Positions 1-10,605 are shown, numbered from the stretch's first letter. The stretch: 64,000 nucleotides of DNA from Acidobacteriota bacterium (GCA_036507075.1 DASXQR010000163.1:1818-65817); one strand, 5' to 3'. Notes: generated from the letters alone by a model not told the origin. Numbers and translations: made by a program.

Positions 1-32
1 AAATCGTCGAGCAGGTCCGCGGTCTGATACAT
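1..32 (-). CDS. 5' end of a gene running off the window, possibly RraA/MenG family
   Basis: The reverse strand reads ATG TAT CAG ACC GCG GAC CTG CTC GAC GAT (MYQTADLLDD), which resembles the xxTADLxD N-terminus of RraA proteins. Only 10 codons are visible. Confidence 0.25.
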   Translation of the reverse strand, partial: MYQTADLLDD

Positions 33-189
33 TAACTTGGACCTGTCAAGCTGAATCCGAAGCTAAGTCTTAAGTGATGCTTCACTCGATGTCCCCCGCG
101 GCAAGATTTGTATGCCAGATAAACCTGGCTTGGCTCAAATCATTTCCGGCGCCACTTACAGGTTTTATTGAGATGCCCCGCGACAAGGT

Positions 190-1059
190 TCATGTCCGCC
201 TCCGGGGTTGTTTGACGTTACTGGCCAGGCCCACCGCCTCCATTGCGCAAATTAAGTACCATCCGATGTCCACCTGCCACCAGCGCAAGCCGAGGCGCGC
301 CGAGCCGGGAAAAGAATGATGATTTCGGTGCCAGTTTTCACCCCAGGCGGTTAACTGGAAGGGTCCCAACCACCAGACGTTCTGGCTGAAGTTTCCATTT
401 TCCGCATGCCCCAGGTGCGTGAGGCTATTGACCAGACACTGGCCGTGGAGCGCGTAGACCAGGCGGATGGCGCCCAGCCAGAAGAAGCCCTGCCATCCCA
501 GCGCGAGGCCGCACAACAGAGAGAGTAGGATCACCGGTACTTCGACATGCCTCCAACGTTTGTAAACGGCCCCGGTCAGTTCCGGGCACCAGCGCTTGGG
601 GTCGGCCGGCGGGGACTGATAAAGCCAGCGCACGTGCGCCCACCAGAAGCCGCCGTGAGTGGGACTGGAAATGTCCTCAGGCGTATCGGTGCGCGAGTGA
701 TGGTGACGGTGGTAGGCGACCCAACTTGACGGAGATCCTGAGCCGTTGAACATCGCTCCGAAAATCAGCAGGTGCTCGATGAACTTGTTTAGTTTGAGAC
801 TGTGGTGCGCCAGCATGCGGTGGTAACAAATCGTTGTACCGAAACCGCCCAACGCCATAAGAACAAAAGTAAAACCGAGGACTTTTCCGCGTGGCAGCGG
901 AAACAAAATCAAGCCGATTACAGCCACCACGTGTATCAAGACGAGGTAAATTAGAGTTCCAGCCTTGCCTCGGGCCGGTTTCCAGAAAGGTTGTTCCCAG
1001 GGACGGAGCTGAAGATCCGGCTGGCGGATGCATGTGTCTGGTCTAGTTTTCGACTCCAA
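190..1059 (-). CDS. Membrane fatty-acid (delta-9 type) desaturase
   Basis: Three His boxes (HRMLAH, HRHHH, HRNHH), hydrophobic segments and the WWQVDIGW C-terminal motif. TTG start. Confidence 0.92.
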   Translation of the reverse strand: MESKTRPDTCIRQPDLQLRPWEQPFWKPARGKAGTLIYLVLIHVVAVIGLILFPLPRGKVLGFTFVLMALGGFGTTICYHRMLAHHSLKLNKFIEHLLIFGAMFNGSGSPSSWVAYHRHHHSRTDTPEDISSPTHGGFWWAHVRWLYQSPPADPKRWCPELTGAVYKRWRHVEVPVILLSLLCGLALGWQGFFWLGAIRLVYALHGQCLVNSLTHLGHAENGNFSQNVWWLGPFQLTAWGENWHRNHHSFPGSARLGLRWWQVDIGWYLICAMEAVGLASNVKQPRRRT

Positions 1060-1482
1060 GTTCCAACTCCAATGTCCGGATAGATTTTCTCTTCTGCACC
1101 TGGAATAGTCCGTTCAAAATTGAACATCGGTTCAAAAGAGGCGACTTACTCAGATAAGGGGAGGCCACGCGCGGAATGCCGATTCCATGCCCGGGGCTTG
1201 TCCGGTACCTCGGATATGGATGGCGCAAAGTCTGAATCTTACCGCCAAATGAACTGCCGTCTCTGTCGCAGAAGGAAGCCACCAAGTAAAGCACCATCAA
1301 ATATTTAGTTCATCGTTCACTTTTGAACCGACAATTTGCGGCACAAGTTAGAAAATCATCAAATCGATCACACCTACGGCAGAAAACATTTCTTGGAAAA
1401 GAGAGGCTGGATCTCAGTTGAAAAACACCCTCTTCCCACGATTGATAGCTCCGGCGGGAGCTGGCAGAAAGAGAAGGTTGCC

Positions 1483-3492
1483 ATGGCGGAAAAATTGGAA
1501 TCCTGGTTTCAGCTTCAGAAATATTTTTACCTTGCCCTCTCCAACGTCCGTGATTTGGGCACTCTGTGGCCGGGGTCTCGCCGCCAGGACCAGAAGAGCT
1601 TTGACGCTGCCGTGCAGAATGCTGATGCTTATGCGGACATTGTTGCGACGGCGCGAGAACCGCTAATGGTCCTTGGGTCGGATCTGCGCGTGAAGACGGC
1701 CAATCAATCTTTTTATCAAACCTTCAAGGTTGTACCCGAAGAGACCGAAGGCACGCTCATCTACGATTTAGGGAATCGTCAATGGAACATTCCCGGGCTG
1801 CGGACACTGCTGGAGCAGATAATACCGCACAACAGCCGCTTCCATGATTTCGAGGTCGTTCACGAGTTTGAGGGTGTCGGGCGCCGGACAATGCTCCTGA
1901 ATGCGCATCGTTTCTGCCGGCAAAACACGCATGAAATGATTCTGCTCGCTATTGAAGATGTTACGGAACAGAGGCGGGCAAGAGACGCTCTGGAAGCTTC
2001 CGAAGCCCGTTACCGGCGACTCTTTGAAACGGCACAAGATGCGATTTTGATTCTCGACGCCGAAACCGGACAAATCCAAGACGCCAATCCATTCCTGATT
2101 GACCTTTTGGGCTACTCTCTCGACGATCTATCGGGGAAGCAACTTTGGCAGATAGGCGTGTTCAAGGATATTGAAGCCAATCGTTTCGCCTTTAAGGAAT
2201 TGCAACAGAAAGGATATATCCGCTACAAGCATTTGCCGCTGCAAACCAAGCAAGGAAAGCCCGTCGCGGTGGAGTTTGTCAGCAACATCTACGACGTGGC
2301 CGACACGCGCGTGATTCAGTGCAACATCCGCGATATCACCGAGCAGACGCAGGCAGAAGAGGCGCTCAGGGAGGCCGATCGCCATAAGAATGAGTTCCTG
2401 GCGATGCTGGCCCACGAGCTGCGGAACCCACTGGCTCCGATACTCAACGCAGTGTTCGTTCTGGAGAAGGCGCTAAAGCCGGAGACAGACGGGAAGGTGA
2501 ATGCGGCTGGAGAGATCATCAAGCGGCAAGTGCATCAAATGACACGCTTGATCGATGACTTGCTGGATATTTCACGCATTACTCTTGGTAAGATCCATCT
2601 GCAAAAACAGCCGCTACTGATTTCGACTGTTGTGGCGCGTGCTGTCGAAATGAGCCGGCCGATGATCGAATCCGGCAATCACAATTTTGAAGTGATCCTG
2701 CCGGAAGATGCCATTCGGGTGGAAGCGGACTCGGAGCGGTTGACGCAGGTGCTGTCGAACTTGTTGAACAATGCTGCCAAGTACACCCCCGACAGTGGCC
2801 ACATTTGGCTGGAGGTCAAAAAAGATGAAGGCATGGCCGTCATTCGGGTGCGTGACACCGGCATGGGCATTCCGCCCGAGAAGCTGTCCGGTATCTTCGA
2901 ACTGTTTGTCCAGATAGAAAGCACGCTGAAACGGTGCCAGGACGGTCTTGGCGTAGGTTTGACTCTGGCGCGCGCCCTTGTGAATCTGCACGGCGGGACG
3001 CTGCAAGCCAGTAGTGAAGGGCTGGGGAAGGGCAGTGAGTTCGTAGTGCGCTTGCCATTACGGCATGACATGGTGAAGACTATCCCACACGTGGAGGGGC
3101 GCGATGTTTCCGAGGCCGCCCACCGCAGACCACGCCGAATTTTGGTTGTCGATGACAACAAGGATGCGGCCGATAGCATGAGATTGCTGCTGGACCTGTA
3201 CGGTCACGTTGTGCGCATCAGCTTTGACGGCCCGTCGGCGATCAAGACGGCGGAATCCTTTAATCCGGAGGTGGTGCTAATGGACATTGGCTTGCCCGGG
3301 ATGAATGGATACGAGGCGGCTAAACGAATGCGCACACTACCCGGACTGCGAAACGCGCTGTTGGTGGCGCTCACAGGTTTCGGCGCTGAAGAAGACCGCC
3401 GCTCCTCTTCAGAAGCTGGATTCGATTACCACCTACTCAAGCCGCTGGATTCCCACGCGCTGCTGAAATTGCTCGACACTTCTGTGCCTTGA
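1483..3492 (+). CDS. Hybrid PAS-PAS histidine kinase / response regulator
   Basis: Two PAS domains, H-box LAHELRNPL, N-box NLLNNAAKY, G boxes DTGMGI and GLGVGL, and a C-terminal REC domain (VVDDN, LMDIGLP). The ORF is open from 1336; ATG 1483 is the preferred start. Confidence 0.92.
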   Translation: MAEKLESWFQLQKYFYLALSNVRDLGTLWPGSRRQDQKSFDAAVQNADAYADIVATAREPLMVLGSDLRVKTANQSFYQTFKVVPEETEGTLIYDLGNRQWNIPGLRTLLEQIIPHNSRFHDFEVVHEFEGVGRRTMLLNAHRFCRQNTHEMILLAIEDVTEQRRARDALEASEARYRRLFETAQDAILILDAETGQIQDANPFLIDLLGYSLDDLSGKQLWQIGVFKDIEANRFAFKELQQKGYIRYKHLPLQTKQGKPVAVEFVSNIYDVADTRVIQCNIRDITEQTQAEEALREADRHKNEFLAMLAHELRNPLAPILNAVFVLEKALKPETDGKVNAAGEIIKRQVHQMTRLIDDLLDISRITLGKIHLQKQPLLISTVVARAVEMSRPMIESGNHNFEVILPEDAIRVEADSERLTQVLSNLLNNAAKYTPDSGHIWLEVKKDEGMAVIRVRDTGMGIPPEKLSGIFELFVQIESTLKRCQDGLGVGLTLARALVNLHGGTLQASSEGLGKGSEFVVRLPLRHDMVKTIPHVEGRDVSEAAHRRPRRILVVDDNKDAADSMRLLLDLYGHVVRISFDGPSAIKTAESFNPEVVLMDIGLPGMNGYEAAKRMRTLPGLRNALLVALTGFGAEEDRRSSSEAGFDYHLLKPLDSHALLKLLDTSVP

Positions 3493-3535
3493 TTTGCGAA
3501 GAGCTTAGCCCGGATTATTCACGAACTACAGGAAC

Positions 3536-3554
3536 TAGCCGCCGATTTACGCGG
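3536..3554. repeat. Dispersed 19-bp repeat TAGCCGCCGATTTACGCGG
   Basis: Identical copy at 8996-9014 and a related sequence near 7168. All lie just downstream of stop codons. Confidence 0.6.
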
Positions 3555-3865
3555 ACAACGCTGATGGTATCGGAGTCAAAGGCCCGCTTAGTGAAGAATC
3601 CTGCGCTACACCGGGGCAAGCCCGGCGCGGGCGCTTCGCAGCCGGCTACCACTATCGATTCTGGTGTTACAGGCAACTAAAGTTAACTTTATGTGAAGTT
3701 TTCCAACAAAATCAGTCCCCTGATGGTCGAAACCGATTGACCTGTAATTCTCGTGGCGTTACATTTTTCGGGTTGACAAGGGATTCGTCGAAGCGGAGCT
3801 TGTCGCCGGGGCAAGGATCGTGGTTTCTGCGTGACATTCTTCAAGGCAGAACACGGAGTGCCAAG

Positions 3866-4549
3866 ATGCCGACAAAGAAAAAAAACAACCTGACCAACGC
3901 GAACCAGCAGAACCACTATATCGAAAAACTCCTGAAACAGATAATTGCCGGGAAAACAGTGCTGGATGTTGGCGCAAACGAGAGAATCTTTTCGCAGGGA
4001 GAGCCGGCTGCGTCTGTCTTTTTTATCGAGAGCGGCAAGGTCAAGATTTCCGTGGTTTCTGGGGCAGGCAAAGAAGCGACACTTTCCATTCTGGGCCCAC
4101 GAGAGTTTTTCGGCGAAGGGTGCATGATCGGCCAGACGATCCGAATGGCCGCGGCCGAGGCGCTGGAACCTTCCAAAGTATTCCGAATCGAGAGGCTGGC
4201 CATGATGCAGGCCATACATAGCCAGCCAGAGCTTTCCGAAGCTTTCGTCAGTCTGCTTCTGGCTCGCAACATCGCTCTGGAGGAAGATCTCTGCGACCAG
4301 CTCTTCAATCAGAGTGAAAAGCGGCTGGCGCGGGCACTTTTGAAGCTCTCTCGATTGGGCAAACACGATGTGACGCCTGATGTGACAATGCCCCATGTAA
4401 GTCACGAGCTCCTTGCTGAAATGATCGGCACGACCCGCCCGCGTGTCACTCATTTCATGAACAAGTTCAGGAGGCTCGGACTGGTCGAGTACAACGGCGG
4501 ACTGGTCGTGCGCGCAGCGCTTCTGACCGACGTGGTTCTGAGCGATTAG
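3866..4549 (+). CDS. Crp/Fnr family transcriptional regulator
   Basis: cNMP-binding beta-roll (IFSQGEPAASVFFIESGKVK, FFGEGC) and a C-terminal HTH (HELLAEMIGTTRPRV). Confidence 0.92.
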   Translation: MPTKKKNNLTNANQQNHYIEKLLKQIIAGKTVLDVGANERIFSQGEPAASVFFIESGKVKISVVSGAGKEATLSILGPREFFGEGCMIGQTIRMAAAEALEPSKVFRIERLAMMQAIHSQPELSEAFVSLLLARNIALEEDLCDQLFNQSEKRLARALLKLSRLGKHDVTPDVTMPHVSHELLAEMIGTTRPRVTHFMNKFRRLGLVEYNGGLVVRAALLTDVVLSD

Positions 4550-4659
4550 TGACGGAGGCAAAGTCCTTCGGACTTGATTCCCCGGGCTCATTGCTGCATT
4601 GAAGAGGCGAGTTACATCGGCGCGCCGCTCCCTTCCGGTCGCGGCTCTGCGGGTGCGCT

Positions 4660-4806
4660 GTCATCGCTGCCCTCCCGCTCTCCGCTCCCCGGCTCTCCCG
4701 CTCCCCGCTCCCCGCTCTCCCATCCACTGACACTTCAGCGCCTCGATAAGATCCATAGTGATAAATAACTTCGTGAAATTCGTGTGAATTCGTGAAAAAT
4801 TCGTGC
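4660..4806. repeat. Short-period repeats (GCTCCCC-like run followed by TTCGTG-AA-TTCGTG array)
   Basis: Directly visible. The reverse-complement CACGAATT array recurs at about 55660-55695. Confidence 0.7.
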
Positions 4807-4812
4807 TCAACC

Positions 4813-7164
4813 ATGAAAATTCGCGACTGCCACGCCTTGATTGCATGTGTCGTCCTGGCCGGCCTCTTCTTCGGCGACGCGCTGATTGGCGATCGCACCC
4901 TGCTGCCTGCAGGCTTTTTGTACGATCGTGAGCCGTGGATGTCCCAGTACGGAGGAGGAACCGGCCAGCCGCGCGCCCAGTTCGACTTGCTCTTTGAGTT
5001 CTATCCCTGGGCTCACTTTTATCGTGAATCCATTCATCGCGGCGAGCTTCCATTGTGGAATCCACACACATATCTTGGCACTCCATTTCTTGCAAATCCG
5101 GTGCCTGGAATTTTTTTCCCCATCCACTGGCTCCATTTAGTCATGCCGCTGCGATACTCGTTTACGCTGGTTATCATGACCAAGCTTCTGGCCATGCTGG
5201 CCGGCATGTACCTGCTGCTGAGGCGCGAGAAGCTGGGCATTGAAGCGAGCCTTCTGGGTGCGTGTGTCGCCTCGCTCTCGATGCACACTATTTTTTCACT
5301 GGCCAATCCCTTTACGAACGTGACGGTGACCTTTCCATGGGCAATTCTGAGCGTCAACCATTTCGTGCGCAATCGGACGCGGAGTGCTTATCTGGGCATT
5401 GCGACTTGTACTGCGCTCATCGTCGTTTCCGGCCAGCCACAGTCGATTATCCCGGCGTTCCTGGGCATGGCGCTTTATGCAGTAATACTGAGCTGGCGCG
5501 CTCCACGAATACTCCTGCACGCTGTCGTGCCGTTCACGGCCGGCGTTCTTGTGAGCTCCCCGCAGTGGCTCACCACCTGGGAGTATGTACAAGACAGCAT
5601 GGCGGTACTGGGACCCCGCATTGCCAAATCCGGGCCGCCTTATCTGTTCTCGAGTTTCTTACCGCTGATAATTCCCGATTTTTTTGGCAATCTTGATAAG
5701 GGCACTTTTTGGGGCTATCCGGGTTATCCCGATCTGTCTTTTTATTCTTCGGCGATCGCGCTGGTCCTGGCGCCGGCTGCCTTCCGCAATATACGCGACA
5801 AGCCGTTTTTGCGTTTCTGCCTGGTCCTGGCGATCTGCTCGGTGGGTATTATGCTCGGCCTGCCGGGTTTCGAGCAGCTCCTCAATCTGCCTTTACTGCG
5901 ATTTGTCGGGCGGAAGAAATTCGCGTTTCTGTTTATTTTCGCTTTGGCAGGCGTTGCCGCTTATGGGGCAGAAAATGTCCTCGTCGCCAAGAACCGCGGC
6001 CGGCGCCTGGCAGTCATCGCGGCATGTTTTGCGCTTTTAGTCGGTATTGTCAGCATCATCTATTATCGCGAATCCCAGACAGCGTTGGGACTGACATCCC
6101 AAACGTTGGCAAAAGCCCGGCACTTCTCCGTCTTTCTCGTCATCGGGATAGCGGCGTTGTTTATTCGTAATGCAGCCTTTCGGAGTCGATGCTTGCTGGC
6201 CGCCGTCGTGCTTGATCTGGCAATCATTTCATACCCGCTGAATGCTCGCGGCAGTGCACGGGCCTTGTATCCGGTATTGCCGGTGACCCGCACGTTGGGG
6301 GACTCGCTGCCGAGAATAGCCGCGGTGTCGGGCATATGGCCGCCCGAGTCTTGGATGCTCTATGGCTTACAATCGATCGGCGGCTACGATGTGTTGACGC
6401 CGAGGCGACTCTTCTGGTTTATGCGCGCCATCGATCCGAGGGTGGGCGACGCGTACCCATGGTTTGCAAGCCTCGACACGCATAAGATCCACCAGCAAAC
6501 TCTGACACGGCAGGCCTGGGATTCAGTAATAGCCGCTCACGGAACTGAAATAACAGACTTTATGCGCATTGGAAACTGGTGGTATCCGAATCTAGAGAAG
6601 ATCTCGGATCCGGCGCTGTTCGGCCTTTTGAATGTCCAGTATTGGTTCAGTCGCGAAGCCGTCGCGCCACCCGGTTACACGCTTTACCGCAAGGAACACG
6701 GTTACTCAATCTACGCTAACAAGCGTGCATTTCGTGCCCGGGTTTTCTGGAAATGGGTGGAATCCAATGAGACCGGCGCTCTTGAAACTCTGAGGCACAC
6801 CGATGTTACAAACGTGGCGGTTGTAGAGCAGCAACTCCCGGCGCACCCTTCAGCCTCCCATGATGCTCGCGTGCTTGAAACGGTGTTCTCTTCCAAATAC
6901 CATGTTTACGAAGTGGAAGTGTCGGCGCCGGCAGTTTTTGTTGAGTTCGAACGGTACTACGCCGGGTGGCGCGCATACCTGGATGGGCGAGTGGCGCCGC
7001 TTTTCCCGGCAGACTATTTATTTCGCGGCGTATATGTGCCTGCCGGACGTCATAAGCTTGAGTTCAAGTACCAACCGACCAGTCTCTACATCGGCCTCAT
7101 CATAGCTTTGCTGGGTTTACTGCTTAGCGGCATTGTGCTGGTACTTGCAAAAGTTCGCGTATGA
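4813..7164 (+). CDS. YfhO-family polytopic membrane protein (GT-C-like glycosyltransferase)
   Basis: PLWNPHTYLGTPFLAN motif, many TM helices, GYD motif, and the C-terminal YYAGWRAYLDG...FRGVYVPAGRHKLEFKYQP signature. Confidence 0.85.
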   Translation: MKIRDCHALIACVVLAGLFFGDALIGDRTLLPAGFLYDREPWMSQYGGGTGQPRAQFDLLFEFYPWAHFYRESIHRGELPLWNPHTYLGTPFLANPVPGIFFPIHWLHLVMPLRYSFTLVIMTKLLAMLAGMYLLLRREKLGIEASLLGACVASLSMHTIFSLANPFTNVTVTFPWAILSVNHFVRNRTRSAYLGIATCTALIVVSGQPQSIIPAFLGMALYAVILSWRAPRILLHAVVPFTAGVLVSSPQWLTTWEYVQDSMAVLGPRIAKSGPPYLFSSFLPLIIPDFFGNLDKGTFWGYPGYPDLSFYSSAIALVLAPAAFRNIRDKPFLRFCLVLAICSVGIMLGLPGFEQLLNLPLLRFVGRKKFAFLFIFALAGVAAYGAENVLVAKNRGRRLAVIAACFALLVGIVSIIYYRESQTALGLTSQTLAKARHFSVFLVIGIAALFIRNAAFRSRCLLAAVVLDLAIISYPLNARGSARALYPVLPVTRTLGDSLPRIAAVSGIWPPESWMLYGLQSIGGYDVLTPRRLFWFMRAIDPRVGDAYPWFASLDTHKIHQQTLTRQAWDSVIAAHGTEITDFMRIGNWWYPNLEKISDPALFGLLNVQYWFSREAVAPPGYTLYRKEHGYSIYANKRAFRARVFWKWVESNETGALETLRHTDVTNVAVVEQQLPAHPSASHDARVLETVFSSKYHVYEVEVSAPAVFVEFERYYAGWRAYLDGRVAPLFPADYLFRGVYVPAGRHKLEFKYQPTSLYIGLIIALLGLLLSGIVLVLAKVRV

Positions 7165-7258
7165 ACCAGCCGCGGATTACGCGGTATCATTTGTCACATC
7201 GACCCTTCAAATTTGAGGGGGAGGTTTCCTAATCCTTTCTTCGCGATCAAGGTTTTCG

Positions 7259-8299
7259 ATGCATATGTCAAGAACTATGAATCGGCTTAACGGCGGCTTT
7301 TGTCTTTCGTTCACCTTCGCAGTCTGCCTTGCGAACCTTTCGAAAATCGGAGCAGCCGAAGGCATTGTCCCCGCCGGAAGCCATGTCGAACGAGTAGCCC
7401 GCGCGGAAGCCGCTCAGGCAACTCCCTTCACCGAAGGCCCTGCCTATAAAGACGACCACCTTTATTTTACAGATACCAATAACAGTCGCATTTTACGGGT
7501 TCGCGCGGGCCAGCAAGGCGCCTTGCCCCGGGTGCCTGAGATTTTTCGAGAGCCCAGTGGTCGTGCCAATGGGCTTGAGTTCGACTCCGCCGGGCGGCTG
7601 TTGGCATGCGAAGGCGGGGGAAGCGGCGGGCAGCGCCGCGTCACTCGAACAGAACACAACGGCATGGTCACCATCCTGGCTGATCGGTATGAAGGAAAGC
7701 GTCTCAACAGTCCAAACGATCTTGCCGTCGATGCGAAGGACCGGATCTATTTTACCGATCCGCGTTACGGAGATCGATCCGACCTGGAACTGGACAAAGA
7801 GTCGGTCTATCGCATCGATTCAAACGGCAAGCTGACGCGTGTGATTGCCGACGTGCAGCGTCCCAATGGCATCGCGGTCTCGACGGATCAAAAGACGCTC
7901 TACGTCGTCGACAACCACCAGGGCAAAGACGGCGCGCGCAAAGTTTACGGCTATGCTTTGCGCCCGGATGGCTCGGCCGGCGCTCGCCGCCTGATTCATG
8001 ATTTTGGAACGGGTCGAGGTGGCGACGGCATGTGCCTGGACAACGAAGGGAACATTTATGTCGCCGCAGGACTGAACGGTGGATTTTCGGCCGCCCAGGA
8101 CGATTCCGTCAAAGCCGGCGTCTACATTTTCTCGCCTCGTGGAAAGGCTCTTGGATTTATTCCCATCCCCGAGGATTCGGTAACCAACTGCACCTTTGGA
8201 GACAGAGACCTCAGAACACTTTACATCACGGCCGGAACAAGTCTTTGGAAAATTCGCCTGAATGCCCGCGGGCGGCAATTGCCCGCCGGCAGGCGGTAG
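7259..8299 (+). CDS. SMP-30/gluconolactonase family protein
   Basis: TEGP, ANGL, LNSPNDL, RPNGIAVS, GGDGM and TNCTFG motifs. Signal-peptide-like N-terminus. Confidence 0.92.
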   Translation: MHMSRTMNRLNGGFCLSFTFAVCLANLSKIGAAEGIVPAGSHVERVARAEAAQATPFTEGPAYKDDHLYFTDTNNSRILRVRAGQQGALPRVPEIFREPSGRANGLEFDSAGRLLACEGGGSGGQRRVTRTEHNGMVTILADRYEGKRLNSPNDLAVDAKDRIYFTDPRYGDRSDLELDKESVYRIDSNGKLTRVIADVQRPNGIAVSTDQKTLYVVDNHQGKDGARKVYGYALRPDGSAGARRLIHDFGTGRGGDGMCLDNEGNIYVAAGLNGGFSAAQDDSVKAGVYIFSPRGKALGFIPIPEDSVTNCTFGDRDLRTLYITAGTSLWKIRLNARGRQLPAGRR

Positions 8300-8320
8300 T
8301 GATTTTTTCGAAGGTTCAGC

Positions 8321-8945
8321 TTCGATGCCTTCAACGGGCGCAGTCACGATGCCACGGCTATCAATGCAACAAACGGCACGGTGGACGGCACAATTCCTCT
8401 CGAAGGCAAACCGGAGTTTGCTGTCTCCGATTGGTGCGGGACACGTGTTCGTGAACATTGAAGACAAGAGCCTGGTGGAGGTGATCGACTCGCGCCAGCT
8501 CAAGGTTTTGAATCAATGGCCGCTGGCTCCCGGTGAGGGTCCTTCCGGCTTGGCACTGGACATCCGGCACCATCGGCTCTTCAGCGTTTGCCAGAACAAA
8601 ACGATGGTCGTGATGGATTCCGAGAAGGGCCGCGTGATCGCGACAATTCCTATCGGAAGTGGTACAGACGCGGCTCGTTTTGACGCCGCTACGGGTCTCG
8701 CCTTCAGTTCCAATGGCGAGGGAACTCTGACCGTGGTTCATGAAGATTCCCCGGACAAGTTCACTGTAGTAGAAAGCGTCACTACTCAACGGGGAGCCCG
8801 TACGATGGAGCTGGATCCCAAGACCCACAACGTCTATCTGGTCACGGCAGATTACAATCCCACGCCTCAACCGACAGCCGAGAATCCGCGACCACGTCCG
8901 ACGACGGTACGCAACTCTTTCACGCTGTTGATTTACGGCAAGTGA
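8321..8945 (+). pseudogene. 5'-truncated, frameshifted YncE-like beta-propeller gene
   Basis: The frame from 8321 reads AFNGRSHDATAINATNGTVDGTIPLEGKPEFAVSD. An extra T at 8431/8432 shifts to the frame reading GAGHVFVNIEDKS...GARTMELDPKTH. An in-frame TGA at 8300-8302 leaves no N-terminal half. Confidence 0.75.
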
Positions 8946-9054
8946 ACGTCCAAGCCGGAAGATTATTGGCCTCAGGATCTGCTGGTAGGGAAAATTAGCC
9001 GCCGATTTACGCGGGCCACGATGCAGCGCGAGGCGCCGCTTTTGCGGCGCCCAC

Positions 9055-9180
9055 GTAGAGACGCGGCATGCCGCGTCAGAGTCGCGCCGCGACATGTCGC
9101 GGCCAGTCACGGGACCAGCCGGCGGCAAAGGGGCCGCGATATATCGCGGCCAACTCTGACGCGGCATGCCGCGTCTCTAC
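9055..9180. repeat. About 50-bp inverted repeat built from nested palindromes (GTAGAGACGCGGCATGCCGCGTC ... GACGCGGCATGCCGCGTCTCTAC)
   Basis: Arms 9055-9104 and 9132-9180 are near-complementary and lie between convergent genes. REP/BIME-like. Confidence 0.85.
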
Positions 9181-9222
9181 AAAAGCGATCGGCATGCCTG
9201 CGCGACAATTGTCTTATCGCCC

Positions 9223-10605
9223 TCACACCACGTGCGCCAGCCAAGAGTTGTCGCCGTATTGCCCCTTGCGCTGCACTTTTTCCCTGAGCTCCGGCGCTCG
9301 GCTGTGGACGGTCGGCCGTGAGTGCGCACGCCGGTGACTGGAGTTGCGCCCGCGGCGTGGATGGAGATCTACACCCGGTCTTTGCGTCCGATGTATCGAT
9401 GTACGACGCGCGGGACCGATCGAGCCGTCGCGTGCCGAGCGCAGGCCGCGGTCGTTTGCGTCAGATTCAGCAGGATGAAAACCCGCCACTGGGGCCGTTT
9501 CGATCTTGAATGCCAGCAGGCGTTGAATGTCGCGCAGCAGGCCCTGTTCGCTCCGACTGACAAGCGATACCGCCTGACCTTCCATTCCGGCGCGGCCCGT
9601 GCGGCCGATGCGATGTATGTAATCTCCGGCAACCGTGGGCAGATCGAAGTTGATCACCAGCGGGAGCTGCTCGATGTCCAGTCCTCGTCCGGCAACATCG
9701 GTGGCGACCAGCACGGTGGTACGTCCCGATTTGAAGTCCTGCAGCGCGCGCGTGCGAGCACTCTGACTTCGGTCGCCATGAATCGCCGCCGCCGAAATAC
9801 CCGCAGCTTTGAGGTGGCGGCAGAGCCGGTCGGTTCCGCGCTTCGTACGGCAGAAAACCAGCGACCGGCGGCCCTCATCCGTCAACAGATGCACCAGAAG
9901 CTCACGCTTCCTTTCAGCAGCCACCGGGTGAACCCGATGGGAAACCGTCGCCGCAACGCTATTGTGCGCTGCCACCTGCACCTCGGCGGGATCACGCATG
10001 AAATCAGCCGCCAGCTTCTTGACTTCGTCGACCAGCGTCGCCGACAGTAGCAGTGTCTGGCGCTGCCGCGGCAAGGCGGTAAGGATGCGGCGCAGATCCG
10101 GCAGAAAGCCCATATCGAGCATGCGATCGGCCTCATCCAGCGTCAGGATCTCGACGGCCCCCAGATCAACTGCGCGCTGCTGCATCAGGTCAATGAGACG
10201 GCCCGGTGTGGCAACCACCACCTCGACGCCGCGCCTCAGGGCATCCACCTGCGGCTGAATTCCAACCCCGCCATAGATCACGGCGCTTCGCAGGCCCGCG
10301 TGCTGGCCATAAGCGCGGAGGGCGTCGTGTACCTGCACCGCCAGTTCACGCGTGGGTGTAAGCACGAGCGCCCGCGTCTTGCGCGAGATCGCCGGTTTGC
10401 GGTCACCCCGCATCAGCAGCCGCTCCAGCATCGGCAAGGCAAAAGCCGCGGTCTTGCCGGTACCAGTCTGGGCGCCGGCCATGAGATCGCGGCCTTGCAG
10501 AATTACCGGAATGGCCTCGACTTGAACCGGTGTAGGGCTGCTGTAGCCCAACTTGGCAATGACACGACAAAGTTCGGGCGAAAGCCCGAGTTGATGAAAA
10601 GACAT
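9223..10605 (-). CDS. rhlE: DEAD-box RNA helicase, RhlE-like
   Basis: Q motif, AQTGTGKT, PTRELA, TPGRL, DEAD, SAT and HRIGRTGR motifs, plus a basic C-terminal tail. Confidence 0.93.
   Translation of the reverse strand: MSFHQLGLSPELCRVIAKLGYSSPTPVQVEAIPVILQGRDLMAGAQTGTGKTAAFALPMLERLLMRGDRKPAISRKTRALVLTPTRELAVQVHDALRAYGQHAGLRSAVIYGGVGIQPQVDALRRGVEVVVATPGRLIDLMQQRAVDLGAVEILTLDEADRMLDMGFLPDLRRILTALPRQRQTLLLSATLVDEVKKLAADFMRDPAEVQVAAHNSVAATVSHRVHPVAAERKRELLVHLLTDEGRRSLVFCRTKRGTDRLCRHLKAAGISAAAIHGDRSQSARTRALQDFKSGRTTVLVATDVAGRGLDIEQLPLVINFDLPTVAGDYIHRIGRTGRAGMEGQAVSLVSRSEQGLLRDIQRLLAFKIETAPVAGFHPAESDANDRGLRSARDGSIGPARRTSIHRTQRPGVDLHPRRGRNSSHRRAHSRPTVHSRAPELREKVQRKGQYGDNSWLAHVV

Noticed and set aside
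3689-4591. Long antisense or alternate-frame ORFs (3689..4591, 8361..9167, 14508..15425, 32973..33659, 43148..44008, 50207..50914 and similar)
   Set aside because: They shadow well-supported genes in GC-rich DNA and carry no recognisable motifs.
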